Origin: an uncultured Fibrobacteraceae bacterium | Lineage (GTDB): Bacteria > Krumholzibacteriota > Krumholzibacteriia > LZORAL124-64-63 | Reading direction: 5' to 3' | Assembly (NCBI GenBank): GCA_964420395.1 | Contig: CAYQTJ010000004.1 | Span: 2,506 to 66,505, forward strand | DNA: 64,000 nucleotides | Part shown: one piece after another, positions 52,704 to 61,633 of the stretch | Layout of the letters: every line of letters begins with the position of its first letter | How positions within the stretch are numbered: position 1 is the stretch's first letter | Made by a program: the position numbers and the translations under genes | The notes under the pieces: generated by a model | What the model was told of the DNA's origin: nothing | What the model saw: the letters and a program-made list of their open reading frames with translations, nothing else | Database searches by the model: none

Positions 52704-54553
52704 GCGCCCCCGCCGGCGGTCCGCACCCGGCCGCGCCGCCCCCCGCCGCCTGCGACGTCATTCTGGTCACCGACTGCGGATCGACCTCGACGAAGGCGAT
52801 CCTCGTCGAGCGCCGCGACGGACGGTTCCGCCTGACCGCCCGGGGCGAGGCGCCGACGACCGTGGAGGCCCCCTGGGAGGACGTCACGCGCGGCGTGCGC
52901 AACGCGATCGCCGAAGTGTCCGAACTGTCCGGCCGGCGGCTCCTCGACCCCGCGACCGGCGCCCTGCTCCGCCCGGCGCGCGACGGCGAGGGGGTGGACC
53001 TCTTCCTCAGCACCAGCAGCGCCGGCGGCGGGCTGCAGATGCTGGTGGCGGGAGTCGTGCGCAACATGACCGCCGAGAGCGCCGAGCGGGCCGCGCTGGG
53101 CGCCGGGGCCATCGTGATGGACGTCATCGCGTTCAACGATCCGCGCCGGCCGCACGAGCAGATCGAGCGGATCCGGCAGCTTCGTCCCGACATGATCCTG
53201 CTCAGCGGCGCCGTCGACGGGGGCAGCACCAGCCACGTGGTCAAGCTGGCGGAGCTGGTCGCCGCGGCCGAGCCGCGGCCGCGCCTCGGCGGGGCGGGCG
53301 AGCTGCCGGTCGTCTACGCGGGCAACGTCGACGCGCGGGCCGCGGTCGCCGCCGCCTTCGGCGGCCGGGTGGACCTCGTGATGGTGGACAACCTGCGGCC
53401 GGTCCTGGAGCGGGAGAACCTCGGTCCGGCGCGGGAGAAGATCCACGACGTCTTCCTGGAGCACGTCATGGCGCGGGCGCCCGGCTACCTCGCCCTGATG
53501 GCCATGTGCGACCATCCGATCATGCCTACGCCCGCGGCCGTCGGCATGATGGTGCAGTCGATCTCGGCCGAGGGGGGGCGCGACGTGCTGGCGGTCGACA
53601 TCGGCGGCGCCACGACCGATGTCTTCTCCGTCTTCGACGGGCAGTTCAACCGCACGGTCAGCGCGAACCTGGGGATGAGCTACAGCGTGGCCAACGTGCT
53701 GCGCAGCGCGGGGCTGGAGAACGTGAAGCGGTGGGTGCCGGCGCCGATCGAGGAGCGCGACCTGCGGGATCGCCTGCTCAACAAGATGATCCGCCCCACG
53801 ACGCTCCCGCAGCTGATGAGCGACCTGCTCGTGGAGCAGGCGGTGGCCCGGGAGGCGCTGCGCCTCGCCTTCGCGCAGCACCGGGCTTTCGCCACGCGAC
53901 GCCTGATGGGGGTCCACCGGCGGCGCACCATCGGCGACGCCTTCCGGCAGGACGACGAGGACCAGAGCCTCGTCAACCTGCTGGACCTCGACCTGCTCAT
54001 CGGATCGGGCGGGGTGCTCTCGCACGCGCCGCGCCGCGCGCAGGCGGCGCTGATGCTGGTGGACGCCTTCCTGCCCGAGGGGCTGACCAGGCTGGCCGTG
54101 GATTCGGTGTTCATGCTGCCGCAACTCGGGGTGCTCAACGGCGTCCACCCGGTCGCGGCGCACGAGGTATTGGCGAGCGACTGCCTGATCCCGCTGGGCT
54201 CCTGCCTGGCGCCCGTCGGTCCGGCGCTCCGGCCCGGCAGCCCGCTGGCGCGCGTGACGCTGGCGCTGGAGAGCGGCGCCACGCTGGAGGCGCGGGTGCT
54301 GGCGGGGGAAGTCGAACTGCTGCCGCTGGCGCGCGGCACGCGGGCGCGGCTGCGGGTGGAGCCGGGCCGCGGCTTCGACGTCGGGCGCGGCCCCGGCACC
54401 CCGCTCGAGACCGATGTCGCGGGGGGCGAGGTGGGCCTGATCCTGGACGGCCGCGGCCGGCCCCTGGCCTGGCCGGCGCGCGAGAGCGAGCGCCTCGATT
54501 GCCTGCGGCGGTGGCATGCCGCGCTCGACATCTACCCCGAGGGAGCCGCGTGA
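52700..54553 (+). CDS. GlmL/MutL-like protein (ASKHA-fold ATPase of the glutamate-mutase accessory protein family)
   Basis: VILVTDCGSTSTKAILV (phosphate-1 motif), LAVDIGGATTDVFSV (phosphate-2 motif), …SSAGGGLQM…, …LLSGAVDGGS…. GTGA overlap at 52700. Confidence 0.7.
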   Translation: MSAPAGGPHPAAPPPAACDVILVTDCGSTSTKAILVERRDGRFRLTARGEAPTTVEAPWEDVTRGVRNAIAEVSELSGRRLLDPATGALLRPARDGEGVDLFLSTSSAGGGLQMLVAGVVRNMTAESAERAALGAGAIVMDVIAFNDPRRPHEQIERIRQLRPDMILLSGAVDGGSTSHVVKLAELVAAAEPRPRLGGAGELPVVYAGNVDARAAVAAAFGGRVDLVMVDNLRPVLERENLGPAREKIHDVFLEHVMARAPGYLALMAMCDHPIMPTPAAVGMMVQSISAEGGRDVLAVDIGGATTDVFSVFDGQFNRTVSANLGMSYSVANVLRSAGLENVKRWVPAPIEERDLRDRLLNKMIRPTTLPQLMSDLLVEQAVAREALRLAFAQHRAFATRRLMGVHRRRTIGDAFRQDDEDQSLVNLLDLDLLIGSGGVLSHAPRRAQAALMLVDAFLPEGLTRLAVDSVFMLPQLGVLNGVHPVAAHEVLASDCLIPLGSCLAPVGPALRPGSPLARVTLALESGATLEARVLAGEVELLPLARGTRARLRVEPGRGFDVGRGPGTPLETDVAGGEVGLILDGRGRPLAWPARESERLDCLRRWHAALDIYPEGAA

Positions 54554-55665
54554 GCCACGCCTATTATCCCGGCCTGCGGGCCAGCGAGTGGGTCGCCCTG
54601 CGGCGGGAGCGCTTCCTGCCGGTCGAGGGCGAGGTCCTGGTGCGCGAAGGGCAGACGGTCGCGTCGGACACCGTGGTGGCGCGCACGATCCTGCGGGGGA
54701 CGCTCACGCCGGTGAACGTGGCGGCCAGTCTGGGGGTCGAGCCGGGCGAGGTCAACGAGGCGCTCCTGAAGCGCGCCGGCGAGGCGGTGTGCCAGGGCGA
54801 GCTGCTCGCCCGCACGAAGGGGGTCTTCGGGCTGTTGCGGGCCGAGTGCCGGGCGCCGGTCACCGGCACGATCGCCACGGCCTCGGTCGCGACCGGTCAG
54901 GTGATGATCGAGGGGCCGCCGCTGCCGGTGGAGGTCAAGGCGCACCTGGCCGGCACGGTGGTGTCGGTGCGGCCGGGGCGCGGGGCGACGATCGCCGCCG
55001 CGGGCACCTGGATCCAGGGGATCTTCGGCATCGGCGGCGAGGCGTGGGGGGCGATCGTCCTGGGGGTCTCGGCGCCGAGCGAACGGCTGACGGAGAAGGA
55101 GATCACCCCCGAGCTGCAGGGCAAGATCGTCGTGGGGGGCGCGCTGGTCACGCGTGAGGCGCTGGCGCGCGCCGCGCAACTCGGGATCGGCGCGATCGTC
55201 ACCGGCGGCGTGCACGCGCTCGATCTGGGCGAATTCATGGGTTGCGAGATCGGCGCCGGCGTGACCGGCGCCGAGCAGGTCGGCCTGACCCTGATCGTGA
55301 CCGAGGGTTTCGGCGAGATCGCCATGGCGCGCCGCACCTTCCGGCTGCTCGGCCAGCGCGAGGGCTTCCTGGCGAGCGTGAGCGGAGCCACCCAGATCCG
55401 GTCCGGGGTGCTGCGCCCCGAGATCATCGTGCCGGCGGCGACGGGGGAGCGCGGCGCGGCGGACGCCGTGGCGGCCGACGGCATCGCCGTCGGCACCTCC
55501 GTGCGGCTGGTGCGCGCGCCGCACTTCGGACAGCTCGGGACGGTGGTGGCCCTGCCGCCCGACCCGTGCGCGGTGGCGAGCGGCGCGGTCGTGCGGATCC
55601 TCGAGGCCGAACTGGAATCGGGCGTGCGGGTCACCGTGCCGCGCAGCAACGTCGAACTGTTCTGA
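54550..55665 (+). CDS. Hypothetical soluble protein (barrel-sandwich/hybrid-motif-like N-terminal part, KOW-like C-terminal tail); no family recognised
   Basis: GTGA overlap at 54550. …VEGEVLVREGQTVASDTVVART…, …APVTGTIATASVATGQVMIEG…, …GTSVRLVRAPHFGQLGTVVAL…. High GC3. Confidence 0.55.
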   Translation: MSHAYYPGLRASEWVALRRERFLPVEGEVLVREGQTVASDTVVARTILRGTLTPVNVAASLGVEPGEVNEALLKRAGEAVCQGELLARTKGVFGLLRAECRAPVTGTIATASVATGQVMIEGPPLPVEVKAHLAGTVVSVRPGRGATIAAAGTWIQGIFGIGGEAWGAIVLGVSAPSERLTEKEITPELQGKIVVGGALVTREALARAAQLGIGAIVTGGVHALDLGEFMGCEIGAGVTGAEQVGLTLIVTEGFGEIAMARRTFRLLGQREGFLASVSGATQIRSGVLRPEIIVPAATGERGAADAVAADGIAVGTSVRLVRAPHFGQLGTVVALPPDPCAVASGAVVRILEAELESGVRVTVPRSNVELF

Positions 55666-55686
55666 GCCGCTCCGCGAGGAGGCCGC

Positions 55687-56505
55687 GTGGACGCCTGGTT
55701 TGCGCCGGAAAGCTGGAACCTGGCGCTGTTCGCGCTGGTCGTGGGCGGGACGATCATGCTTTCCATCCGCCGGGCCGAACGGGGCCGGCCGCCCCGCGTG
55801 CGCCGCCTGCCGGGCGTGGACGCGATCGCGGAGGCGGTGGGCCGGGCGGTGGAACTGGGGCGGCCGGTGCTGTTCGTGCCCGGCTCGCGCGACCTCGACA
55901 ACGTGCAGACGGTGGCCGGTCTGGCGCTGCTGGGCGAGGTGGCCGGACTGGCCGCCCGGCTGGAGTGCCAGCTCCAGGTTCCGACCAGCCGGAGCCTCGT
56001 GCTGGCGGCCGCCCGCGACGCCTGCCGCACCGCCTTCATCTCCGCCGGCCGCGCGGAGGCCTGGCGTGACGAGACCGTCAGCTACGTCTCGGACGACCAG
56101 CTCGGGCTGGCGGCGCGCGTGGACGGGATGATCGCCCGCGACCGCCCCGCGGCCTGCCTGCTGTTCGGCTTCTTCGGCGCGGAATCGCTGCTGATGGCCG
56201 AGGCGGGCGCGCAGGCGGGGGCGATCCAGATCGCCGGCACCGCGGAGAAGAGCCAGTTGCCGCTGTTCGTGGCGGCGTGCGATTACACCCTCATCGGCGA
56301 GGAGCTCTTCGCCGCCAGCGCCTGCCTGACGGGTGAGCCGGCGCTGCTCGGCACGCTGCGCGGACAGGATCTGGGCAAGGCGTTCGCGGCGGCCTGCCTG
56401 GTCGCCGGCGCTCTGCTCGCCACGGCCGCCACGCTCACGGACTGGGCGCCGCTGGTGGCGCTGCGCGCCGCCTTCCTGCGCCTCTTCGAGACGGGGGTCG
56501 GCTGA
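55687..56505 (+). CDS. Hypothetical membrane protein (N- and C-terminal helices flanking a soluble domain)
   Basis: GTG after GAGGAGG. …WNLALFALVVGGTIMLSI… High GC3. Confidence 0.55.
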   Translation: MDAWFAPESWNLALFALVVGGTIMLSIRRAERGRPPRVRRLPGVDAIAEAVGRAVELGRPVLFVPGSRDLDNVQTVAGLALLGEVAGLAARLECQLQVPTSRSLVLAAARDACRTAFISAGRAEAWRDETVSYVSDDQLGLAARVDGMIARDRPAACLLFGFFGAESLLMAEAGAQAGAIQIAGTAEKSQLPLFVAACDYTLIGEELFAASACLTGEPALLGTLRGQDLGKAFAAACLVAGALLATAATLTDWAPLVALRAAFLRLFETGVG

Positions 56506-56506
56506 C

Positions 56507-57202
56507 ATGCGCCGTCGCCTCCCGCGGATCGTGGTCGGGATCGTCGGCAGCCTGCTGATCCTGAAGGCGTTCGTGCCGCGGCCGGGCGCGGCCGGTCCCA
56601 CCGAGTGGCAGGCGTTCTTCGCCTACGTCGACGAGAACTTCTCCGTCTGGTTCAACATCCTTGCCGTGTTCGCCTTCGGCCTGGGGGCCGCGAGCCTCCT
56701 GAGGGTCCACGGCGGGCGGGTGCTGCGGCGGCAGCGCGACTGGCCCTATTCCCTGGCGGGGCTGACCGCCTTCGGGGTGGTGCTGATCGCCGGGCTGGCG
56801 CGCGTCGGCGGGGATCCCTCGGACGCCGGCTCGACCGTGCACTGGATCTTCCGGGCCGTGATCAGCCCGTTGCAGGCGAGCATCTTCGCCCTGCTCGCCT
56901 TCTACATCGCCTCCGCCTCCTACCGCGCGTTCCGCGTCCGGTCGCGCGAGGCGGCGGCCCTGCTGGTGGCGGCGCTCATCATCCTGGCGGGGCGCACGCC
57001 GTTCGGCCACTCGCTGACCGACTGGCTGCCGGCGTCGCTGTCGTTCCTGCGCCTGGAGAACGTGGCGCTGTGGGTGGTGCAGGTCCCCAACACGGCCGGC
57101 CAGCGGGCGATCACCATCGGCATCGCGCTCGGGACCGTGGCGATGTCGCTGCGACTGCTGCTGGGGATCGAGCGCGGCCTGCTCGGGCGGGGGGACTCGT
57201 GA
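56507..57202 (+). CDS. Hypothetical polytopic membrane protein
   Basis: ATG 1 nt after the upstream stop. 4-5 hydrophobic helices (…VWFNILAVFAFGLGAASLL…, …LAGLTAFGVVLIAGLA…). Confidence 0.55.
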   Translation: MRRRLPRIVVGIVGSLLILKAFVPRPGAAGPTEWQAFFAYVDENFSVWFNILAVFAFGLGAASLLRVHGGRVLRRQRDWPYSLAGLTAFGVVLIAGLARVGGDPSDAGSTVHWIFRAVISPLQASIFALLAFYIASASYRAFRVRSREAAALLVAALIILAGRTPFGHSLTDWLPASLSFLRLENVALWVVQVPNTAGQRAITIGIALGTVAMSLRLLLGIERGLLGRGDS

Positions 57203-58083
57203 GCGGGGGGGGCGAACGGCCGGTGCGGGGATCGGCGCTCTCGTCGCTCGACCGGCGCTGGGTCCATGCGGCGCTGGCCGGGGCGATCCTGCTCTCGATC
57301 GTGGCGCGGATCCGCTTTCCCGACACCCCGTCGCCGCTCGTGCAGGGGCTGTACGACCGGGTGGAGAGCCTGCCGGCGGGAGCGCCGATCGTGCTCTCGC
57401 TCGACTATTCACCGAATTCCCGTCCGGAGCTGGAGCCGATGGCGCGCGCGCTGGCGCGCCACGCGCTGCTGCGCGGCCACCGCCTGATCCTGCTCTCGGT
57501 CTGGGACACCGGCAACGCGATGATCGAGGAGCTGCGGACCGACGTGCTGGCCGTCGAGTTCCCCGACCGGCGGGAGGGGGCCGACTGGGTGGCGCTGGGC
57601 TACAAGGCCGGGAACGAGATCCTGATCAACGCCATCCGGGACAACTTCGGCTCCATGTACCGCACCGACCTGCGCGACAGCCTGCTCGCGTCGCTGCCGG
57701 CCCTCGCGGGGGTGCGCGGCCTCTCGGACTGCGGGCTGATCGTGTCGCTGTCCGGCGGGTCGCCCGGCCTGAAGGAGTGGATCCTGTTCGCCGGCGACGT
57801 GACCGGCGTGCCGGTGGCCGGGGGCTGCACCGGGGTCGGGACGCCGGAGTTCCTGCCCTATTTCCCGCGGCAGTTGATCGGTCTGCTGGGCGGACTGAAG
57901 GGGGCCGCGGAGTACGAGGCGGCCCTCGAGCGCGGGCATCCCGACTTCCCCCAGCGCACCATGGCCGCCACGGACGGCATGGGACCGCAGTCGGTCGCGC
58001 ACACGGTCATCATCGTCTTCATCCTCCTGGGCAACGCCGGCTACCTGATCGAGCGGCGGCGCCGGCGGCGGGGGTCGCCGTGA
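57199..58083 (+). CDS. Hypothetical bitopic membrane protein (helix, roughly 230-aa domain, helix, poly-Arg tail)
   Basis: GTGA overlap. …WVHAALAGAILLSIVARI… and …VAHTVIIVFILLGNAGYLIERRRRRRG. Confidence 0.55.
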   Translation: MSGGGERPVRGSALSSLDRRWVHAALAGAILLSIVARIRFPDTPSPLVQGLYDRVESLPAGAPIVLSLDYSPNSRPELEPMARALARHALLRGHRLILLSVWDTGNAMIEELRTDVLAVEFPDRREGADWVALGYKAGNEILINAIRDNFGSMYRTDLRDSLLASLPALAGVRGLSDCGLIVSLSGGSPGLKEWILFAGDVTGVPVAGGCTGVGTPEFLPYFPRQLIGLLGGLKGAAEYEAALERGHPDFPQRTMAATDGMGPQSVAHTVIIVFILLGNAGYLIERRRRRRGSP

Positions 58084-58772
58084 GCGGCGGGCTGCACCCG
58101 AGCGGGAGCCTGGAGGTGTGGGTCGGCGCCTGCCTGACGCTGATGGTCTTCAGCTTCCTGTGGCGGGACAATCCCTTCTACAAGTTCGCCGAGCACGTGC
58201 TCGTCGGCGCGTCCGCCGCCTACGTGATGGTGATCAACTTCTGGAGCACCCTCTGGCCGAACGCGATCGTCAAGCTCTGGCCGGCCGCGGAGCGGGTGGT
58301 CAATCCGGAGGCGGTACCGGGGTCGCCCGAGCCGGTGGTGCTGGTGCCGGTCGCGCTGGGCCTGCTGATGCTCTGCCGCCTGCACCCGCGGACCGCCGCC
58401 TGGAGCCGCTGGCCGACCGCCTTCGCGATCGGCGTCAGCGCCGGCACCAACCTGCTGCGCTACCTGCAATCGGATTTCCTCCTGCAACTGCGCGCGGCGG
58501 CGGCGCCGAGCCTGGTGGTCCTGCACGGGGGCCGGCTGCAGCTGGGGGAGAGCCTGTCCAACATCGTGCTGCTGGTCGGTACGCTGTGCGGCCTCGCCTA
58601 CTTCACGTACACCCGCGAGCACCGCGGCCCGCTGGGCCGGATGGCCCGCTTCGGCATCGGTTTCATGATGGTGACTTTCGGAACCTCCTTCGGCTACACC
58701 GTGATGGCGCGTATATCCTTGCTGGTAAGCAGGTTGCACTTTCTCGTCGGGAACTGGCTCGGCCTGATCTGA
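58080..58772 (+). CDS. Hypothetical polytopic membrane protein
   Basis: GTGA overlap. 5-6 helices (…VWVGACLTLMVFSFLW…, …IVLLVGTLCGLAYFTY…). Confidence 0.55.
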   Translation: MSGGLHPSGSLEVWVGACLTLMVFSFLWRDNPFYKFAEHVLVGASAAYVMVINFWSTLWPNAIVKLWPAAERVVNPEAVPGSPEPVVLVPVALGLLMLCRLHPRTAAWSRWPTAFAIGVSAGTNLLRYLQSDFLLQLRAAAAPSLVVLHGGRLQLGESLSNIVLLVGTLCGLAYFTYTREHRGPLGRMARFGIGFMMVTFGTSFGYTVMARISLLVSRLHFLVGNWLGLI

Positions 58773-58779
58773 ACCCCGC

Positions 58780-58802
58780 CGCCGGCCGGGCGCCGGCCGG
58801 CG
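58780..58802 (+). terminator. GC-rich hairpin (10-bp stem CGCCGGCCGG/CCGGCCGGCG, 3-nt loop) ending the eight-gene operon; no U-tract
   Basis: Read directly, 8 nt after the stop at 58772. Confidence 0.3.
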
Positions 58803-58891
58803 CTACAGGTCGCGCGCCGGGCGGCCGAAGATAAAGTTGACGGCCCAGGGTCCGTATCCATAGACTGGCGCCCCGCGTCAGAGAGGGCTTC

Positions 58892-59815
58892 ATGCTGGAT
58901 TCCGGCACGAATATCGAGCGGCAGATTCAATTCTATCAGCGCAAGTACGAGCTGAATCCGCACTCGCGCGCCTTCGCGCCGCTGGCCGACCTCTACCGCA
59001 AGGCAGGACGGCTCGAGGAGGCGCTGGAGGTGCTGGAGGCGGGACTCGCCGAGCATCCCCAGTACGTTTCCGCGCTGGTGATCATGGCCCGTTGCCACGT
59101 CGACGCGGGACGCGCGGCCGAGTCCGGCGAGGCGTTCACGCGCGTGCTGGCGCTCGACCCGGACAATCTCGTCGCGCTCAAGAGCCTCGCCGAGATGGCC
59201 CTGGCCGGCGGTGACGACGCCCGCGGCGCCTCGTTGCTCGAGCGCGTCGTCTTCCTCGACCCCACGGACGAACCCGCGGCGGAGCGTCTCGAAACGTTGC
59301 GCGGCGGGGCGGTCGCCTCGCCGGCCGGCCCCGAGGAGACCGGGCAGGCCGCCGAGCCTCCCGAGGCGCCGGAGCACGCCGCCGTGGCGCTCCCCCCGCC
59401 CGCCGCCGAGGCGGAGCATGCGCCGCAGACCGCCGTCGCGACAGCGCCGGAGGCGGTGGCGGAAGCCGCCGCGGCCGCGCCGACGCCGGACGGCGAAGGG
59501 GTGTCGGACCGGGAGGCCGTCTCTCCCGTGCAGGAGCGCCAGTCGTTCGCCACGCGGACCCTGGCGGAGATCTACCTGGCCCAGGGCTATCGGGAGAAGG
59601 CCCTGACGGTCCTGCGCGAGATCCTGGCGCGCCATCCGGACCGCGAGGACGTCGCGGCGAAGGTCGCGGAAATCGAGAGCCAGCCGCCCGCCGCCGTTCC
59701 CGCCGGCCCCTCCGCGCCGCCGTCGGCCGCTTCGCCGCCCCCACCGGCGACCGAGAACCGGCTGCACTTCGAGGCGTGGCTCGGCCGCGTGGCCAAGCCG
59801 GAAGAGGGCCCTTGA
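58892..59815 (+). CDS. Tetratricopeptide-repeat protein with an Ala/Pro-rich linker
   Basis: …LADLYRKAGRLEEALEVLEAGLAEHPQYVSALVIMARCHVDAGR…AFTRVLALDPDN… and a second TPR-like unit …LAEIYLAQGYREKALTVLREILARHPD. Confidence 0.7.
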   Translation: MLDSGTNIERQIQFYQRKYELNPHSRAFAPLADLYRKAGRLEEALEVLEAGLAEHPQYVSALVIMARCHVDAGRAAESGEAFTRVLALDPDNLVALKSLAEMALAGGDDARGASLLERVVFLDPTDEPAAERLETLRGGAVASPAGPEETGQAAEPPEAPEHAAVALPPPAAEAEHAPQTAVATAPEAVAEAAAAAPTPDGEGVSDREAVSPVQERQSFATRTLAEIYLAQGYREKALTVLREILARHPDREDVAAKVAEIESQPPAAVPAGPSAPPSAASPPPPATENRLHFEAWLGRVAKPEEGP

Positions 59816-60264
59816 GCGATCCGATCCCGGTTTCCATCCTGAACGGCCCCAACCTGGACCAGCTCGGACGGCGCGAACCGGCCCTCTACGGCCCGACCAG
59901 CTGGCCCGAACTGGTGTCGCTGTGCGGGCAGTGGGCCACGGCCGCCGGGCTGCGCGCCGACGTGGAGCAGGCCGACGGGGAAGGGGAGCTGATCGCCCGG
60001 CTGCACGCGGCCGGTCGGTCCGCCGCCGGCATCGTCCTGAACGCCGCCGCCTACAGCCACACCTCGGTCGCCCTGCGCGACTGCCTGCTCTGCCTCCAGG
60101 TGCCGGTCGTCGAGGTCCACCTGACGAACCCCCTGCGACGAGAGCCGTTCCGTCGCACCAGCCTCATCGCCGACGTCGTGGCCGCGACCGTCCAGGGTTT
60201 CGGCGTGGACGGCTACCGCCTCGCCATCGAGGGGCTGGCAGGGCTCCTGCGCCAGCGTCGCTGA
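59812..60264 (+). CDS. aroQ: 3-dehydroquinate dehydratase, type II
   Basis: …ILNGPNLDQLGRREPALYG…QADGEGELI…IVLNAAAYSHTSVALRD…VEVHLTNP..RE.FR. TTG start in a TTGA overlap with the TPR gene stop. Confidence 0.85.
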   Translation: MSDPIPVSILNGPNLDQLGRREPALYGPTSWPELVSLCGQWATAAGLRADVEQADGEGELIARLHAAGRSAAGIVLNAAAYSHTSVALRDCLLCLQVPVVEVHLTNPLRREPFRRTSLIADVVAATVQGFGVDGYRLAIEGLAGLLRQRR

Positions 60265-60287
60265 CCGGCGCGCCGCCCATCCTGGCG

Positions 60288-60316
60288 TTGCCAACCCCGC
60301 CGCGGAATGCTATCAA
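60288..60316 (+). promoter_or_regulatory. sigma70-like promoter (TTGCCA-17 nt-TATCAA) upstream of efp
   Basis: Read directly. Followed by a small leader hairpin TGAAGA-cgat-TCTTCA (60336-60351). Confidence 0.4.
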
Positions 60317-60367
60317 TAGGGGCGCTCGCGGCGGTTGAAGACGATTCTTCAGGAAGAAAGCGAGGCG

Positions 60368-60928
60368 GTGTTGGCCTCCACCAGTGATTTCCGCAATGGC
60401 ATGGTGATCCGCTTCCGCGAGGGGCTCTGGTCCATCGTGGAATTCCAGCATGTCAAGCCGGGCAAGGGTGGCGCCTTCGTGCGCACCAAGCTCAAGAACG
60501 TCGAGACCGGCCGGGTGGTCGAGGAGACCTTCCGCGCCGGGGAGAAGGTCGAGGAGGTCCGCATCGAACGGCAGGACTACCAGTACCTGTACCGCGAGGC
60601 CGATTTCCTGACGTTCATGAACCTGGCCACCTACGAGCAGATGCACCTGCCGATGGAGAACATCGAGGATGTCGTCCCCTACCTGAAGGAGGGGGAGAAG
60701 GTCATCCTCGTCCTGCACGAGGAGCGTCCTCTCGCCGTGGAGCCGCCGTACACGGTCGAATTGAAGGTCGTCACCACCGATCCCGGCGTGCGCGGCGACA
60801 CCGCGCAGGGCGGGTCGAAGCCGGCGACCATGGAGACGGGCCTGGTCGTGCAGGTCCCGCTCTTCATCGAACAGGGGGAGGTGCTGAAGGTCGACACGCG
60901 CACCGGAAAGTACCTGGGCCGCGTCTGA
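60368..60928 (+). CDS. efp: Elongation factor P
   Basis: (M)LASTSDFRNGMVIRF…WSIVEFQHVKPGKGGAFVRTKLKN…. Start at GTG 60368, or TTG 60371 giving MASTSDF. The track start at 60335 adds a non-conserved extension. Confidence 0.9.
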   Translation: MLASTSDFRNGMVIRFREGLWSIVEFQHVKPGKGGAFVRTKLKNVETGRVVEETFRAGEKVEEVRIERQDYQYLYREADFLTFMNLATYEQMHLPMENIEDVVPYLKEGEKVILVLHEERPLAVEPPYTVELKVVTTDPGVRGDTAQGGSKPATMETGLVVQVPLFIEQGEVLKVDTRTGKYLGRV

Positions 60929-60956
60929 GTCCGGCCCGACCCGCGGAAAGGAAGCC

Positions 60957-61436
60957 ATGCAGATCGACGACGTCCGCCAACTCGTCAAGCTGGTCGAGGA
61001 GAGCGGGATCGAGGAGCTCGAGATCTCCAGCGAAGGCACCACGATCCGCATCCAGAAGAGGCGGAGCGGGGAGGCGGCCGTGATAGCTCCGCCGCCGCAG
61101 TACTACTATCCGGCGCCCGGCGCTCCCGGCTCGCCGGGCGCTCCGCCGGCCCCGGCCCCGGCCGCGCTGTCGGGCGTGGCCGAGGAGCGCGCGCGCTGGA
61201 AGGAATTCCGCTCCCCGATTGTGGGCACCTTCTACCGGGCCGCCGCCCCCGGCGCGGAGCCGTTCGTCTCCGTTGGCGATCGCATTTCGGTCGGCCAGAC
61301 CGTCTGCATCATCGAGGCGATGAAGGTGATGAACGAGATCGAGGCCGAGACCGCCGGCATCATCCGGGAGATCCTCGTGGAGAACGCGAGCCCCGTGGAG
61401 GCCGAAGCCATCCTGTTCCTCATCGAGCCCCAATAG
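60957..61436 (+). CDS. accB: Acetyl-CoA carboxylase biotin carboxyl carrier protein
   Basis: …SPIVGTFYRAAAPGAEPFV.VGD…GQTVCIIEAMKVMNEIEAE…, the biotinyl-Lys motif EAMK, and a Pro/Ala linker. Confidence 0.85.
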   Translation: MQIDDVRQLVKLVEESGIEELEISSEGTTIRIQKRRSGEAAVIAPPPQYYYPAPGAPGSPGAPPAPAPAALSGVAEERARWKEFRSPIVGTFYRAAAPGAEPFVSVGDRISVGQTVCIIEAMKVMNEIEAETAGIIREILVENASPVEAEAILFLIEPQ

Positions 61437-61481
61437 TCGCCACGCGGTCGCGTGGCGCCACGCGCATCGCCCCGCCCGCCC

Positions 61482-61514
61482 GTCGCCCCGGCCCCCCGCC
61501 GGGGCGACCTTCGT
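61482..61514 (+). terminator. Terminator-like hairpin after accB (11-bp stem GTCGCCCCGGC/GCCGGGGCGAC, 5-nt loop, then CUUCGU)
   Basis: Read directly. A second 9-bp hairpin (CGCCACGCG-gt-CGCGTGGCG) lies at 61438-61457. Confidence 0.45.
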
Positions 61515-61633
61515 CCCGCCCCGCCGTTGCGCTCAAGCCTGACGAGCTTCGTGCCGATGATGGTGGAGCCGGATTCCAGTCCGTCGCGGGATTCCGCGCG
61601 GCGTCATCGACCGTCAGCACCGGGGGAGTCCCG

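Noticed and set aside
60335-60367. Track start (MKTILQEESEAV…) for efp
   Set aside because: The EF-P N-terminus is conserved (MASTxDF…). The extension is not conserved-looking and would begin within the leader hairpin. GTG 60368 or TTG 60371 is preferred.
61438-61463. Overlapping palindromes CGCCACGCG / CGCGTGGCG / CCACGCG after accB, considered as an operator or repeat family
   Set aside because: This is a single occurrence in the window, positioned right after a stop codon. It is best explained as a terminator-associated hairpin.
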